A DNA stretch of 64,000 bases from Selaginella moellendorffii (taxonomy: Eukaryota; Plantae; Lycopodiophyta). Of the stretch, positions 50,425 to 64,000 are shown piece after piece (the first letter of the stretch is position 1; the number at the start of each line of letters is the position of its first letter). The notes below the pieces were generated by a model. It ran no database searches, was not told the DNA's origin, and saw only the letters and a program-made list of their open reading frames with translations. Location: positions 2,461,856-2,525,855 of the forward strand of contig NW_003314266.1 of NCBI RefSeq assembly GCF_000143415.4. Reading direction: 5' to 3'. The position numbers were made by a program, and so were the translations under genes.

Positions 50425-52905
50425 CAAGACGAGATACGCGTAACCCCTGCTCCGGCACACCCATGGCAGCCTCACCCCAAGAATCATCATCCCGCTAGAT
50501 TCCTGGCCCCGATTCCCATCTCACACTCCGCATGCTCGATCCCGCCACATAGCAAATAGCGCGATAAAGAACAGCAATTCTTCCCTGGGAGCTCGGCGAT
50601 CGCGGCGCCAAAGCCCTATCGACTGCTCGGCGCGATTGAAGCCTAATCTCTCGGCGGTGGATTCTAGGCGATGGGGAAGAGCACGGAAAGATCCTGCATT
50701 GGTCGAGAGATTCTTGCGACCGCGCGCGAGAGAGGAGACAAGAGATCGATCGATTGGGCGGCTCCTCGCCCGCGGCAACGGCAGCTCCCCGTGTTGTGGC
50801 TATTTCTAACAGAGAGAACCCTTGAATCCAAAATAAAATAGGATAACACCTCCCCCATATATCGAAAATAGTCGTAGACATACGAGAAAACTAGGGTTTA
50901 GCCTTTTCCCCATACACCGTATAGCGCACGCTTTTTTAATCCTTTTTCTCTGGGCAAAATGCTTGCATGATTTCTTTTCTTTTCTTCTTACCGTGGAAGA
51001 AATAAAAGCGCGAAGGGAACGTTAAGCTTTAACTTTGGGCCCGCTTTTTCACCAACGGCCCTGTGTACGTACAAATTCTTCCAGAGAATATTCACATGCA
51101 AACCATACCAAACGATTAGCTGAGTCCATATCATGCAAAGATCATGGCATGTCAGTACATTTTAATCATCTAGCTTGGTCAACTCCTAAGCTTGTTTAAA
51201 CTGACACGTCAAGATATTTTAGTGTAATTACGTTATATATGCATATTTTGAATACTTTTGTGCGCAACTGAAAAGTATATTATTACATGTCATTTGGTGC
51301 TTATATATATTCTATAGGATATAGAATTTACTAAGTGGCACATTTGAATTTAAAAGGTTGTATCTTAAGATTTTTCTTGGAGGATTAGGTGTATTTGATT
51401 AGTAAAGAGACTTTGTCAAACATGATCTTTATTCTCCTATAGCAATGTGGGAATTTTTACTTAGCAAAGTCTTGTAAGACACATCTTGGACAATTGCTCT
51501 TTAAAACAATTAGAGATATAAAAACACATATCTAAAATTTTTACTTATCATTTTCTACATATTAAAGACAAAAGGATTAAATATGCAACAATTAAATTCA
51601 GCTCACATGTCGATTTAGATACTTAAATTACAGATCAAAGTGTGTTGATTATGACTCTATCTAACCACACTATCATCAATGAAAAATTAATAAATTAATT
51701 TTGATGAGAAATTAAATTCCTCTTAAAGTTTTTCTCTATATTTATATATTTAATAATAGAGTTAATAAGTATTAGAATCTATGAGTGCATGGAGCACTTA
51801 GATCTAGCAAATATATATAAAGGTTTCAGTATATTAAGTATATTATAGATTTATGATGAATATCCAAAGCCAAAAAATTAAGAAAAATGATTATATACTT
51901 AATAAGAAGTATAATAATGACTAGATAATTAAAAAATAAAAATTTATAATTTTAAGAAAAAGTTTAAATGACACTATAAGGTCCAAGTGTATGGATATAA
52001 TACTATATGCCAATATTAGCATAATGAGATTTTGATAACTATTGGATTGGTTTCAATCTCAACCAATCACTTCTATATATAAGTTAAGGTTTTTAAACTA
52101 ATTGATATGCACATTTCTGTATTCCATTTCTATATTCACATTGGTGGAGGTGAAAAACAATTTTGATGGTCCTTGAAGAGTGCTTGAATTTGGGATTTTG
52201 GTTTATATTTAGCTTTTGCATCATCTAAATCTCCCTTTCTTTATAGCTTTTTGAATTTTTTCTTTTTTGTTTTTTTCCTTTTTGTTCATCTTCATGGTAA
52301 AGTAGTAGCCTCCTCCTCCTTTGACTCTAGACTAGTAATTGGTGCAATTGCTTGATAATTAGACAATTAGACTTAGTTGATGGTGGCATTCATAGTGTAT
52401 GGTACAACTCCTTTTACTTTTATTATCAATTTTCGTGTTTGGCCGGAGTTCTTCCATGGGAATTAATTTGTACTATTGATTCAATCACTTTACACTGATT
52501 GCCATATATCATTGTTGGGATGATGTTCAGTGTTTATGTGAGTTTCCCAAATGTCTTTAAGAGATAGCACTGTAGTGGTATAATGGTTTGAGCATAGCCA
52601 TTAGTGTGGATTGGAGCATTTTTATGAAATTTGGATATGATAACAATTGTGATAATACCTTTCAACAATTAAATTGTTTTCGTCAAGGGCTATTTGAGTC
52701 AATGATGCAATTTAGCATTTGTTTCCAATGCCTCTTGCTTCATGTGAAGCTAAATATATTGGAGCATACCTCTTGCTTCATGTGAAGCTAAATATATTAG
52801 AGCAGATCAAGTTGGGAATGTTGTAGCCAGCACTTCATCAATATCTTGTTAAACTTATGCATATATCCTTGACAATATTGTTTGCTTGGCACAACATTAT
52901 GAAAC

Positions 52906-53134
52906 TGTAAGCTCCTAAATTTAGCCTCGCTCTCTTGACACCCTACCCCTCGGGTCGAGCCCTGTAAGCTCCTAAATTTAGCCTCGCTCTCTTGACACTC
53001 TACCCCTCGGGTCGAGCCCAGTGGGAGCAAACTGGACCAGCCAGATGTCAATCAACATGTGGTGTGATTCCCCTAGCCAACTAACAGAAGAGAATTCATA
53101 TGCTTAAATCAGAAGAGATTTACAATATAACATG

Positions 53135-53196
<62 letters not shown>

Positions 53197-54219
53197 CAAC
53201 ATGTGGTGTGATTCCCCTAGCCAACTAACAGAGTCAGACTCGAGACTTCTCTGATACCAAATGTAAGCTCTTAAATTTGGACTTCCCAGGAGGTCATCCA
53301 ACTCAGTACTATTCAAACCCAAGGACACTTAACCCCAAATATCCCAAAACCCTTAACTGATTGGAAAAAGGGGTGCACTCTTGTTCATGGGCTCTTTCCC
53401 TCTATATTTGAACCCCATGGATCGTCTCTCAAGTCGTTCCCTTTTGTTGTACGTCTTTCAGCTTCACTTCTTTTGAGTGGTCCTATTCCAATAGAGGTCT
53501 AATGTGCCTAATAGTGGATATCATGAATACGATTATGTCTTCATCCTTGTCCTTGAACTCAAGCAACAATAATAGATGAAATTAGCCATACTTATTAGTA
53601 TTGTTGGCATTTTTTGGATTGGCAACTTCCATTTCCTAGATGGGGACATTAGCATCAACAATGTCATGGTATGAACATTGAGATTTTTTTGGGAAACAAG
53701 GAGTTGCATATAAACAAATAAGTTAGTGACCCTTTCATCTTTCTTCTAGAAGTATCATCAAAGGGTTCACTTAGCATCAATTCATCTAGTGTTTACTTTT
53801 TAAATTTATGTTTATAACAAAAGGTCTTTTATTATTCTTTCTGTATTGGTTGATACATACTCAAGTTTAACTTTTATTGCTCGGCCTATTGCCACATTTT
53901 GACTCATAATGAAGTATGTTAATTTTTCCCAAATATCCCAAAACTCTTAACCGTTTGGAAAAGGGGGTGCACTCTTGTTTATGTGATTCCCTTAGCCAAC
54001 CAACAGAGTCGAACCCGATACCAAATATAAACTCCTGAGTTTGAACTTTCCGGGAGGTCACCCAGCCCAGTACTATTCACACCCAAGGATGCTTAACCCC
54101 AAATATCCCAAAACCTTTAACCATTTGGAAAAAGGGGTGCACTCTTGTTCATGAGCCTTTTCCCTCTATATTTGAACCCCATGGATCGTCTCTCAAGTCG
54201 TTCTCTTTGGTTGCTTACA
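52906..54219 (-). mobile_element. Rearranged cluster of Cassandra-like TRIM pieces (LTRs ~53262-53451 and 54026-54219)
   Basis: Reverse-complement copies of the 5S-bearing LTR; PBS ctctgatacca directly before 53262; internal part matches ~25885-26015. Confidence 0.8.
53135..53193. repeat. (CT)n microsatellite
   Basis: About 29 CT units with one interruption. Confidence 0.95.
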
Positions 54220-54720
54220 GAATACAAGTCCAATCAAAGTTTCTATTTGGTATCAATCACCAAAAGATATCAAGATTTTATATGTGAAAGTTAAAAAGAC
54301 ATTAGAAAAGGGTTTTATCCAAAAGTCTTAGAGTTTTTGGGCATGTGAATTTCATCTTGTCATAAAGTCTAATAAATATTTTTTTCTTCTACATTAACTA
54401 TCGTTTGTTAAAAAAGGTGACTATCTTAGATGTGTACCCTCTTTCTCACACTATAGATCTTTTGGATTGTATTGGGAGAAGTCATTAATTTAATAAGTTA
54501 GATCTTGCTTCTGGATACTAGGAAATAATTGCTAATGGCCGAAGAAGATATTCCCAAAATTACTTTTTATATACCATTTGGTTTGTATAAGTTATTGATG
54601 ATGCTATTTAGTTTGAATAATACTTCATTAAATTTCTAACAAATTATGGATGGGGTTCTTTGTGATATGTTGAAGATAACTATTGACTTCATCGATAATG
54701 TCTTGATCCACTTGGAGGGG

Positions 54721-57700
54721 ATGTATAATATATAGCATTAGAACCATACACTTAGACTTTATATCATCTCCTCCTCTTGAAAGGATAGAAGGTAATTAAG
54801 ATTCTCTTATTGATGGGCCAGGATTTAAAGGAACGTTAGGAGGAAGCACTAGTGGATCTGTAGGTAGTATCAGTTATTTATGATTTCTTTGTACAAAGCA
54901 TTTCAACCATTACACATATACAATTTCTGGAGGATTGGCCTATTGAACATCATACCAAATCTCATAAACTTGCAGTCCAACTTGATACAATCCCTTTCAT
55001 TGATCAAGGAGCCCCTCAAACAAACCACATACCAAAGATTGGGAAAACAAACCAAAATCAAATCATCTATTTTGTACTATGTACATAGATAATTATAAGA
55101 ATTGTAGCGCTATTGTTGTCCCACTTATACGTGGCCTAAGTGTTTAGTAAACTCTACTTGGATAAGTGGAAGAATGATCATTAAATACTAATCTTAGAAC
55201 CTAGCATTGGTAGCTCGTAGCAATTGCAAAAGTAAACTTAACTTAGTTGGTAGTATTAAATCATGATTATATATAAGTTTATATAGAGATGCATCAATAG
55301 AACTCTACACCCTTATGACATATGCATACTAAAAAGATGACAAGTAGCCATCCCAATCTAAATGCTGAAATTTCAAATATTTCCCAATCATCCCTTTGAA
55401 GGTCTAAACGAGCTATTTCACTAAACCATCTATCTATGGATGCTAAACACTTATGAAAGTGTGGCATATCCCTAACTAAGACGTTAAAACGTGAAATACA
55501 TCAACCATAAATGTGTGACTATTATTTGAGAAAATCTGCTTTAGACTTAAATGTTGGAACATCACTCGATTAAGGAGGAAAAATCCAACAATAGTTGTAA
55601 ATGCATTAAAAAGAGCATCAACTTTAACGTAACAAATCAAATAATCAAAAGTAATAATGACATACTTATTATCAATAGTTGACTAAAGAAAAGGCCAAAT
55701 AAAATTAAATGGCACCAACTCAAACGGATGGGAAATTATAATTGACTCTAACTATCCTTTTGCAACATAAAAGGGAGTATTACAAGTTTGTAGCAAATAC
55801 AACTACATATAATGTACATATTGAAATGGCAAATCATCAATAAGTAATGTAAAATTCTCAAACCCATTATGAAACCCTTGAATCCATAGCTTAACATTTT
55901 AAGCCTTCTAAACTTTGTCAAGAAAAGGTAAATCTTGCGGACACTAAACATCAAATATAACAACTGCCAATGGTACGAAATCCTCATCAATAAAATCTAT
56001 AGATGGAATAATAGATTCATCAGAAATATGAGAAGAGAATCAAGAAGAAAGAAGAGCTTGAAAAAGGGCATCAACATCAGCCATAGAACTCCTTGACAGC
56101 GTAGTCACAGTCTCAGAGTTCAAACAGAAAGAAAAGGTTTGATGATAAACAACATTGAAATCATATATTTGAAGCTTCAAAGCCCATTAAATAGTATAAC
56201 CAACTAAATTCTTTTGTTTCAATAACAAAGTAATTACAATATGATCACCTTTTAATAATGTCTGAGAACCATGCAAATATATATGAAACTTCTCAAAACC
56301 CTAAATTATTGCTAAACACTCCTTTATTGTGGATTAGTTCACCTCCATTGCTTGTAATATATGGCTGATATATGCAATAAAATGGCACTGACCATGCATA
56401 TTTGAAATCTCTTGCATCAACACTCCTCCAAGATTGATATCAAAATTATCCATGCGCAAAATGAAAGGTCAAGTGTAGTCAGGATACACCAAAACTGAAG
56501 GAGTCATTAATAACTTTTTGAGATTTGTAAACACTCATTCATAGTCTACAAACTAGATAAAAGACAATGTTGACAATTCAAACAATGTTTGCAATGGTGC
56601 AGTGCGATCAGAAAGATGATCAACAAAACATCCGAGATATTGCAACTTGCTTAAAAAGCATTGCACACCATTTATATACTTTGGAGTAAGGCACTTGAGA
56701 ACAGCCATATATTTATTAAAATCAACTTGCAAACCTTTACAGAAATATGGTACCCAAGATAAGTCATGTTTTTAGACCTAAACACACATTTCGACCATTT
56801 CAGTTTTGAACAAAATTTTTGCAACTGATCCAACACTTTATGAATATCATAGACTTGCTCCTTTTATATTCTCTTTGAGTGGATCAAGACTTTATTAATG
56901 AAGTCAGTAGTCACCTTTGGTATATCATAAAAAACCTTGTCCATTATCCCTAGAAAGTAGCTGGAACATTGTTTAAACTAAATAGCATCATCAACAATTT
57001 GTACAAACCAAATAATGTATAAAAAATAGTTTTGGGAATATCTTTCTCAAACATCAACACTTGCTAATACCCAGAAGTAAGATCTAACTTGGTGAATCAA
57101 CGACTTCTTCTTAGACGATCTAGGAGATCTTTAATATGAGAAAAAGGGTATACATCCAGGATAATCACCTCTTTTAACAAACAATAGTCAATATAGAAGT
57201 AAATATTCCTATCAAACTTCATGATAAAATGAGATTCACACACTGTAGGACTTCGAGATTTTTGGATAACACCCTTTTCTAATATTTCTTTAACATTCGT
57301 GTGTAAAATTTTGATCTCTTTTGGTGACCTATGCTAAATAAAAACCTTCATTGGACAAGCATCTTTAGTTGGAATAGGATGATGTGTTGCATTTTTAGCT
57401 TTAGAAAACATGTCAAAATTAAAGAAATCAGCATATTCCTTCTTAAGTCAATCTACCACTGCAACACAAAGATAGTCAAAGGGATTTAAATAGGGAATAG
57501 AGGAACAAAATAGAAACATAATAGGAAGTAATGAGGAAATAAAAGTGATGAAAACAAAAGTAGAAGTGGAGGGACAAAGAAAAATAGAAGAGAGAGAAAT
57601 TGAAGAAAGATGATAAAGTATAAAACAATGGAGAGAAGCTTCAAAATTACATTTGGTATGATTGTGTTGCAACTAATTCATATTAAGGATGAGGTTAAAA

Positions 57701-59383
57701 GTTTAACTCGATACCACCCACAACTTTTGAAGTTCAAGCTCATGATGGCTTATATATACAACTAAGTTTGCCTCATCCCATGTACATACATATGTATGAC
57801 CATTGGTATAAAAAATTAAGACTGGTTCTACTACACAATATAAATGTAGATAATAATATATGGCAATAAGCCAAGCAATAGAAAATAAACTTAAACTTGT
57901 ATCCACAAACATAGAGAGAATAATAAAAGACTTATTATTACAAAAATAAATTTGGAAAGTAAACACTAGATGAATTGATGCCAAATAAACCCCTTAATAG
58001 TACTCTTGAAAGAAGGATGGAAGAGTTATTGATTTATTTACATAAGAACCCTCTACTACTCATGTGACTCCTTATTTTCAAAAGAATCTTTATGACGAGA
58101 CCTTCCATTGTAGTAGCACTAATAAAACGTTATTGATGCCAAGGCTTCCACCTAGAAAATGGAGAATGCCAAACTGAAAAATGCCAACAATGTCGATATA
58201 TATGGCCAATCTATTACAAACTTAACAACAGACATCATAGCTACAACCATTTACTTGCCCTTGTCATTAAATACAAGTAGCAACAACATCAAGCTCTATC
58301 AGAATAAAACTATCTCCCATAAGAAGTAGAGTTGAAAAATATGTAATGAGAAGTGAAAAAGGTAATGTTTTATGACGTTGTGCCAATTAAAAAGATTATC
58401 AAGGGTGGCTAGAGCAAGTGCATGCATAACTCTCACAAAATCTTAATAAAATGCTAATTACAACATTCCCAATTTGATTTATTCTGACATATTTGACTCT
58501 ACACAAAGCAAAAAGCTCTAAAAATGAACTAACGCATCCACCCGTGGCAAATATACACAGCCATTGTAATAGAAAATCCCATCCACCAATAATGCCAAAT
58601 TGCATCATTAACTCAAATAGCCTTTGACAAAGATAATGCAATTGTTGAAAGATATAATCACAATAATTGACATGTTCAAATACACATATGAAAATGTCTA
58701 GGAGAATGCTCTAATCCACACAAATAGCTGCATTTAAACCATTGTACTATTGCAACACCATCCCTTAAAAGCACATGGAAAACTTATGCAAACGTCGAAC
58801 AATCCCAAGAATGCAATCACTGTAAAGTGATCGAATCAATGATACACATTATCCTTAGAATTCCCACAAAATAACTTCGGCCGAACATAAAGATTAGCAA
58901 TAAGAGTAGGAGGAGTTATACCATATGCTATAAATACTATTATTAACTGAGTTTGGTTATTTAACTACAACTATATAGTATCAAACAATTGCACAATTAC
59001 TACTCTAAAGTAAAAGGAGAGTAAGCTACTACTCTCCATGAAAATGAACAAAAAGGAGACAAAGCAAAAGAGAAGAAATTGAAAAAGTTATAAAGAAATG
59101 AAATCTAAATAATACAAAAGCTAAATCTAAATCAAAATCCTAAATTCAAGCACTCTTCAAGAACAATCAAAGCTACCACTCACCTTCACCAATGTGGCAT
59201 GGAATATTCAAGGGAATATAAAAATGTGCATATTAATTAATTCAAAGACTTTAGCTTATATACAGGAGTGAGTAGTCCAGATTAAAACCAATTTGATGGC
59301 TATCAAAATCCCACTATGTTAACAATATTGTATAGCTATTAATATTAATATACAGCATTGTAATTGTACACTTGGACCTCATA
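54721..59383 (-). mobile_element. Old, heavily mutated family-D Ty3/gypsy copy (partial left LTR, right LTR 59193-59383)
   Basis: Colinear with 60030-64000; ORFs destroyed by transitions; PBS TGGTGAAGGTG next to the right LTR. Confidence 0.85.
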
Positions 59384-59893
59384 TTAATGTTTAAGTTTTC
59401 TAAAGTATTTGAGATTGTATAATTTTTGCATAACCATATAAATAATATGTAGTGAATTGATAAAAGTTTAGGAAAGATCAGATAAAAAGTGTTGCTATTC
59501 AAAATAACAAAAGAACTTGTTGCTTAGTTGAAAAAGAGACCTGGAACTCATGTTCAGAATAAATTCAATCTATAATTGAATTAATTTATTTTTAATACAT
59601 ACTATATAAAATGAATAATACTTTAAAACTAAGGGAAAAGAATGAAAGCTTTATTATTATTATTATTATTATTATTGATATTATTATTATGATATAATTT
59701 TAAGAAGCATTATATTATTAATTAAAATGTAAAAAATAAAGATACTTATGAATTTTTATTTAATAATATAATAAATAGAGAATAAATATGGCCAAAGGTA
59801 TGCAGTATATATTGCAAAATCATAATTTTATCTTAGATCAATCACAATGATGATTTAACTTAATTAGCTCCATCCTCTAAATAAAGTTCAAAT

Positions 59894-62800
59894 TGTGAGT
59901 GTATGGAATATGGAAAGGGAATACAAAAATGTGCATATTAATTAACCCAAAAACCCTAGCTTATATACAAGAGCGAGTGGTCCAGATTGAAACCAATCCA
60001 ACGGCTACCAAAATCCATTACGCTAATATTAGTATACGGCATCGTAGCCATACACTTGGCCCTCACATCATCCCCTCCTCTCGGAATAATGGAAGGCCGT
60101 AAGGGTTCTCTTGTAGATGGGCCGGGATCTGGAGGAACGTCAGGAGGAGGCATCGGCGGATCTGTAGACGGTATTAACTGCTCCTGATCCCTTTGTATGA
60201 AGCGTTTTAACTGCTGCACATGCACAATCTCTGGAGGATCGGCCTGCTAAACGTCATGCCGAACCTCATAAACTTGCGGTCCAACTTCCCGCAACACCTG
60301 ATACGGTCCTTTCCACTGCGCAAGGAGCCCCTTAGATAAACCACGTACCGTAAGATGGGGAAAACGGACTAACACCAAATCATCCACTTTGTACTCCGCA
60401 GGTGGACGATGATGGGAGTTGTAGCGCCGTTGTCCCACTTGTACGCGGCCTAAGTGTTCGGCAGACTCTGCTCGGACAAGTGGAAGAATGCTTGTCAAAT
60501 ATTGATCCCATGACCTAGCATCAGGAACTCGTGGCAATCGCGAAGGTAAACCCAACTCTGTTGGTAATATTGGATCATGACCATATAGAAGTTTATATGG
60601 TGAAGCACCAACAGAACTCTGCACCCCTGTGACATAGGCATACTGAAGAGACGGCAAATAACCATCCCAATCCGAATGCTGAAAGTTCACATACTTTGCA
60701 ATCATCCCTTTGAATGTCCGAACGAGCCGTTCCATTAGACCGTCTGATTGTGGATGATAAGCACTCGTAAAAGTGTGGCATATCCCCAACCGAGATGTCA
60801 AAACATGAAATACCTCAGCCATAAATGCAGGACCATTATCCGAAAGAATCCGCTCTGGACAAGAATGCTGGAACACTACTCGATTGAGGAGGAAGTATCC
60901 AACAACAGTTGCAGAGGCGTTTGCAAGAGCACCAACTTCCACCCAACGAGTCAAGTAGTCAGAAGCAATAATAACATACTCATTGCCAGCAGCCGATCGT
61001 GGAAAAGGTCCCATAAGATCAAACGCCACCACCTCAAATGGACGGGAAACTGCAATTGACTCCAACTGTCCTTCCGCAGCACAAGGGGGAGTATTATGAA
61101 CTTGGCATCAAATGCAGCTACGCACATACCAGATAATATCACGTCGCATCTCCGGCCAATAGAAAGACCTGCGCAACTTCTCGGTGACACGACAGTGTCC
61201 CATATGCCCACCTAGAACAGGAGAATCATGGTAGGCATGGAGAAACTGCGGAATAAACACCAAAGGCACCACCAACCGTAAATGATCATCAGGATCCGTC
61301 CCCACAAAATAAAGAAGGCCATCTTCAAGGCGATATTGAGAATATAAATGCTGGAAAGGCAAGTCATCAGCAAGTGATGCAGGATTCTCAAACCCATCTC
61401 GAAGCCTTCGAATCCACGGCTCAATCTTTTGAGCTTCGCGAACCTCATCAAGAGAAGGTAGATCTTGCTCTGCGCCCTGTGGACACTGAACGTCAAGGAC
61501 AGCAACCGCCGACGGCACAAAATCCTCATCTAGAAAATCCATAGACGCTGGAATAATAGGTTCGTCAGAAACATGAGAAGTGAGTGGAGAAGGAAGAGGA
61601 GCTCGAGAAAGGGCATCAGCATCAGCCATAGAACTCCCTGGGCGATGAACAACATCGAAATCATATATCTGAAGCTTCAAAGCTCATTGAGCCGTACGAC
61701 CAACTAGGTTCTTCCGCTTCAATAATGAAGTAACAGCAGCATGGTCACCTTCAAGTAACATCCGAGAACCATGTAGATATGCATGAAGTTTCTCGAAACC
61801 CCAGACTGCTGCTAAACACTCCTTCTTCATCGTGGAGTAGTTCATCTCCGCTGGTTGTAATGTATGGCTTATGTATGCAATGGGATGGCGCTGACCAAGC
61901 ACACTCGAGCTCTCTTGCATCAACACACCTCCAAGACCAATGTCAGAAGCATCCACACACAAAATAAAAGGTCGAGTGTAGTCAGGATATGCCAAAACCG
62001 GAGGAGTCGTCAATAGCTCTTTGAGATTCACGAACGCCCGCTCACAATCCGGAGACCAGATAAAAGATGACGTTGATGGCTTCAGCAACACTCGCAATGG
62101 TGTAGTGCGATCGGAAAGATGATCCACAAAACGACCGAGATACTGCACCTTACCCAAAAAGCGCTGCATATCATTCACACACTTCGGAGTAGGGAACTTT
62201 AGAACAGCCACAAGTTTGTCAGGATCAACTTGCAAACCCTCACGAGAAATACGGTACCCAAGATAAGTTGTGTCCTTGGACCCAAACACGCACTTTGACC
62301 GCTTCAGCTTTAAACCAACATCACGTAATCGATCCAACACTTTACAAACATCACGAACGTGCTCCTCCCACGTCCCCTCCGAGTGGATCAAGACATCATC
62401 AATGAAGTCAACAGTCACCTTCGGCATATTGCAAAGAACCTCGTCCATCATCCGCTGGAAAGTTGCTGGAGCATTGTTCAAACCAAACGGCATCACCAAG
62501 AACTCGTATAAACCAAATGGTGTACGAAAAGTAGTCTTAGGAATATCTTCTTCGGCCATCGGTACTTGCCAATACCCAGAAGCAAGATCTAGCTTGGTGA
62601 ACCAACGACTTCGCCCCAGACGATCCAAGGGATCAGCAGTGTGAGGAAGAGGATACACATCTGGGATTGTCACTTCGTTTAACGGACGATAATCGATGCA
62701 GAAACGAATACTCCCATCAGGCTTCGTCACAAGATGAGGTTCACATACCCAAGGACTCCGCGACTTCCGAATAACACCCTTCTCCAGCATTTCCTTGACG

Positions 62801-64000
62801 TTTGCTCGTAAAATCTTGATCTCCTTAGGTGACTGACGACGAACAGGAACCTTGATTGGAAGAGCATCCCCAGTTGGAATCGGATGACGTGTAGCAATCT
62901 TGGCCCCAGACGATAGGTCAAATTCAAAGAGATCAGAATACTCCTTCATGAGCCGGTCAACTACTGCAACACAAAGAGCGTCGGAGGGATCGGAAAAGGA
63001 AAAAGTAGAACAAAATGGAAACACAGAAGGAAAGAGTGGGGGAACAAAAGTAATGGAAGCAGAGGTAGAAGTAGAGGGATGAAGGGGTATGGAAGTGAGA
63101 GGAATGGATGAAACATAAGGAAGTATGAGACAAGGGGGGGAAGCCTCAAAGTCACACTTGGCATGATTGCACTGCAACCAATCCATACCAAGAATGAGGT
63201 CAAAAGCTTGACTCGGCACCACCCGCAACGACTGCAACTCAAGCTCGAGATCGCCCACACGCACAACCAGATCCACCTCATCCCGTGCACATGCATGTGT
63301 ACGGCCGTTGCCATAAAGAATAAAAACTGGTTCTGCCGCACGACGCAAGTGTAGACGACAACATGTGGCAACAGGTCGAGCAATAGAAAATAAACTCGAA
63401 CCTGTATCAACCAACACGGAGAGAATAATAAGAAACCTCTTGTTATAAAAATGAGCTTGGAAAGTAAACATTGGATGAACTGGTGCCGAGTGAACCCCTT
63501 GATAATACTCCCGAAAGAAAGATGGAGGGGTCACTAATTTATTCGCGCAAGGTCCCTCCATTACTCGCGCGACTCCTCATTTCCCGGATGCATCTCAGTG
63601 TCCAGACCTTCCACTGCAGCAGCACCCAGGGGACGTTGCTGACGCCAAGGTCTCCACCCAGGAAATGGAGGTCGCCAATCCGGAAAACGACGGCAATGCT
63701 GATAAGTATGACCAACTTCATCACACGCCCAGCAGCGAACATCACGGCCACGACCACGTCCTCGCGCTTGTCCTTGGACTCGAGCAGCAGCAGCATCAAC
63801 CTCCATTGGAACAGGACCATCACCCATAGAAAGTGGAGCGGAAGGACGTACAGCGAGAAGTGGAAGAGGCGACGTCTCATAATGTTGTGCCAAGCGAAGA
63901 GCATCGTCAAGGGTGGTAGGAGCAAGTGCATGCACAAGTCCGACAAGATATTGACGAAGTGCTAGCCACAACATTCCTAGTTTGATCCGCTCCGACATAT
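59894..64000 (-). mobile_element. Younger family-D non-chromodomain Ty3/gypsy with 174-bp LTR (59894-60067); runs off the right edge
   Basis: TGTGAG...CTCACA LTR; PPT at 60068-60082; gag CCHC (CWACDEVGHTYQHC), DTGS, FIDD, DASD, integrase and GPY; no chromodomain. Confidence 0.9.
60068..63998 (-). pseudogene. gag-pol: gag (3' part) and -1-frame pol of family D with in-frame stops at 61684, 61108 and 60247
   Basis: ORFs 63561-63998, 61684-63561, 61108-61680 and 60247-61065 carry gag, PR-RT-RH and IN motifs. Confidence 0.88.

Larger units (their letters stand above)
51975..54720 (+). mobile_element. Decayed family-D Ty3/gypsy fragment (LTR 51975-52140, PBS, leader/gag, RT piece 54220-54720) interrupted by TRIMs
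   Basis: LTR is the reverse complement of 59894-60067; PBS TGGTGGAGGTG at 52142-52152 (tRNA-Ala-like); RT remnant inverted relative to ~56870-57360. Confidence 0.7.

Noticed and set aside
1296-64000. Apparent minus-strand bias of the better-preserved LTR insertions
   Set aside because: Small sample, and plus-strand copies exist (2788, ~28027, ~29074, 51975).

Overview
Eukaryotic plant DNA, probably a lycophyte such as Selaginella (inferred from 50-120 nt introns, a very compact gene island, a Tcn1-type chromovirus and a CVNH gene). Positions 1-31.2 kb are a nested LTR-retrotransposon pile: an ORF-less ~1.14-kb-LTR family (A), a self-priming Tcn1/Tf1-type chromovirus, a tRNA-Met-primed chromodomain Ty3/gypsy element (B) and 5S-rRNA-bearing Cassandra-like TRIMs. 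Positions 31.9-39.5 kb are a TIR DNA transposon with a 4-bp TSD, a Sola-like transposase, a second unknown gene and at least 12 copies of a 20-bp palindrome. Positions 41-50.5 kb are a host gene island: dual-specificity phosphatase, galactinol synthase, a hidden two-exon secreted cyanovirin-N-homolog lectin, pTAC2 and an O-fucosyltransferase. Positions 52-64 kb hold short-LTR Ty3/gypsy copies (D) of different ages plus more TRIMs. The most striking observation is in element B: two short GT-AG introns inside the integrase, whose removal exactly restores the conserved PQTDGQTER and KLTQRFAGPY motifs, plus a third candidate intron that would give Gag only. All alignments and translations were done by eye.
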